Of a stretch of DNA of 49,928 nt, positions 47,996 through 49,928 are shown one piece after another. Where the stretch lies: positions 939,644 to 989,571 of the forward strand of contig NC_068982.1 in assembly GCF_001194135.2 (NCBI RefSeq), given 5' to 3'. A program made the translations under genes and the position numbers. This stretch comes from Octopus bimaculoides (Eukaryota). The notes beneath the pieces are model-generated. The model was not told the origin of the DNA. It ran no database searches and saw only the letters and a program-made list of their open reading frames with translations. Within the stretch, counting starts at the first letter, position 1; each line of letters begins with the position of its first letter.

Positions 47996-48270
47996 TGCGC
48001 GCGCGCGTAATTGTGTGAGTATATATACATACATACTACTTTCCATCGAGCAAATCACCAAATCACTTCAACTCTGACGGCGAGAGTGTAAAAATTCTCT
48101 TATATGTATGCATGCATGCATGTATGTATGTATGTATGTAAGTATGTATGTATGTATGTATGTATGTGTTTGTGTGTGCGTGCTTGCATATATGTATGTA
48201 TCTATCTAAATCTGTTAATCTGTATATGTGTATATGTAAATATAAATATATATTTATGCGTACGTATCTC

Positions 48271-48312
<42 letters not shown>

Positions 48313-49638
48313 CTTCTCTCTGTTACTGTATAGGCATATTTATACGCACACACACATACATACAACGTGTATCAACACAGTTTTCATCCACCGTACTGTT
48401 CTAGTCAACTTCAGGTTAATTTATTATCCTCATATAAAATTCCATTTGGATTAGAACTCAGAAATAGTGTCACAAATTCATAGCTTCTATTATTTTACTT
48501 GGATAAGTCGCAATTTTTATTAAATATATTTAATCAAAATGGAATAACTTCAATTGTTGTAACAGATAGTTTGTATCTTCCTTACCTAAGAATTCCATTG
48601 TAGAAACTCCACGAATGACAATACTTTTATTACTAACTTCACTAATCACAGAACTTTCAAGTTTTATTATTCGAAATTTGTTTAATAATTGGCATGAAAG
48701 ATGATAATGGAGTTCAAACTCGCCAATTTCGGGTTTTTTATCGCCACAGACTCATTGAAATAAACACAAAGACAATACCTCAGTCATTCTATCCTCTGCG
48801 TATCGCTCAACTAAAAACACGTGGTCTTATACTATCTTAAGAAATTAATAATTAACAAATATTCTAACAAATTCTTTAGACGCACGACCCACGTCAGTTC
48901 CAGAAGCAGCGGAATAGGAATGTTATAGCACTTCAAACACAACGGTATATATATTATATGATTTCCGGTTACTTTCTTTTGTTAAACCAGAACTTTCAAC
49001 GGAGATTGATATGCGCTTTGATGTTCATACCGTTTCAAGGGCATTGGTGACGTACATTAAGTGAAATAGTTACAACCGAATCTACTTCTGAATGGCTGCC
49101 AACAAATTACAGCTTATATTCTCAGCGAGAAAAACTATTTGAGTTTTTGTATCTCAAAGATTAACCCACTGTAAAAAGCATTACGTTATTTTTGCTGTAG
49201 CTGTTATATAAAGCAGACATTGCCCTTGGTTAGATGAATTCAAAGTTAACGAGAAGGACTAGGTCAATGTTTATGTTGATTCTTTTAAAAATATAACACT
49301 CATTAGATAAACAACAAATAATTATTACTTTTAACTTTCTGAAGACGATAAAAATGAGACAGAAAAAAAAAACGTGGAGTAACTGTTAAAGCCAATGACA
49401 ATTGTTGATACATATTTTTTCTATTTCATCGCGAAGGTTAAAACATTATACTCCAGGTTGTGAACGTTTCATTACATATAACTTCTCTATCTGCCTCACT
49501 CTACCCTGTGTACTGATGCGCGCGCACATGCACAAACACACACATATACATGCATGTATACGATGATGCACAGATTCATACATGTATAGATGTATATTTA
49601 GATACGCTATAAATTCCTAGAAAGCAAAAAATTCATAC

Positions 49639-49741
49639 CTTGCTATTGAAGTCAACCAGCCTCCAAATCACTTTGCAAGCGCTTGTATCCGGGTTGGATG
49701 TGAATCCATGACACGTGTGTTGGACGCCACCCGTTATGGGA
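49639..49741 (-). CDS. Candidate 103-nt exon (PITGGVQHTCHGFTSNPDTSACKVIWRLVDFNSK)
   Basis: Donor AAG|GTATGA; ACTAAC branch-like motif just upstream of a weak AG; about 50% GC in an AT-rich context; one open frame, phase 2 in and 0 out. Confidence 0.3.
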
Positions 49742-49928
49742 CTAATGTCTTGTTAGTGGATTATGATAGATGTAAACTTTGTCGATATACGTTGTGCGAG
49801 TTTTGGTGTATACGTGTATAAATTATAAATATGCTTATACATACATATATATACACACATATAAAGATCCATCCATACATACTTGCACATATATATATAT
49901 ATATATTACGTTATATATATTACGTTAT

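Overview
AT-rich, microsatellite-dense eukaryotic genomic DNA from a gapped short-read assembly, with 12 N-runs that sit almost entirely at TA/CA/GA/GAT repeats. The SINE families look like those I recall from octopus (coleoid cephalopod) genomes; this is an inference and was not checked. No intact protein-coding gene is recognisable, and most ORFs in the supplied track are artefacts of microsatellites and N-runs. The window is mainly a transposon graveyard, probably intronic or intergenic. It holds about 12 copies of one tRNA-derived SINE, several other SINEs, fragments of restriction-like-endonuclease (RLE) LINEs from three clades (R4/Dong-like, HERO-like, CRE-like), two Penelope-like RT remnants, CR1-group LINE remnants, mariner and Tc1/maT-like deletion derivatives, a 91-bp minimal Helitron and four palindromic foldback elements. 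Most interesting: (1) a minimal type-I hammerhead ribozyme fold at 7439-7484 inside a tRNA-headed SINE-like unit; (2) an unexplained multi-hairpin, RNA-like structure at 45925-46112; (3) a stack of five R4/Dong-like 3' ends associated with (TAA)n tracts at 18.9-20.2 kb; (4) four weak, phase-compatible minus-strand exon candidates that could belong to a long-intron host gene. All alignments, translations and folds were done by eye, so element boundaries are approximate.
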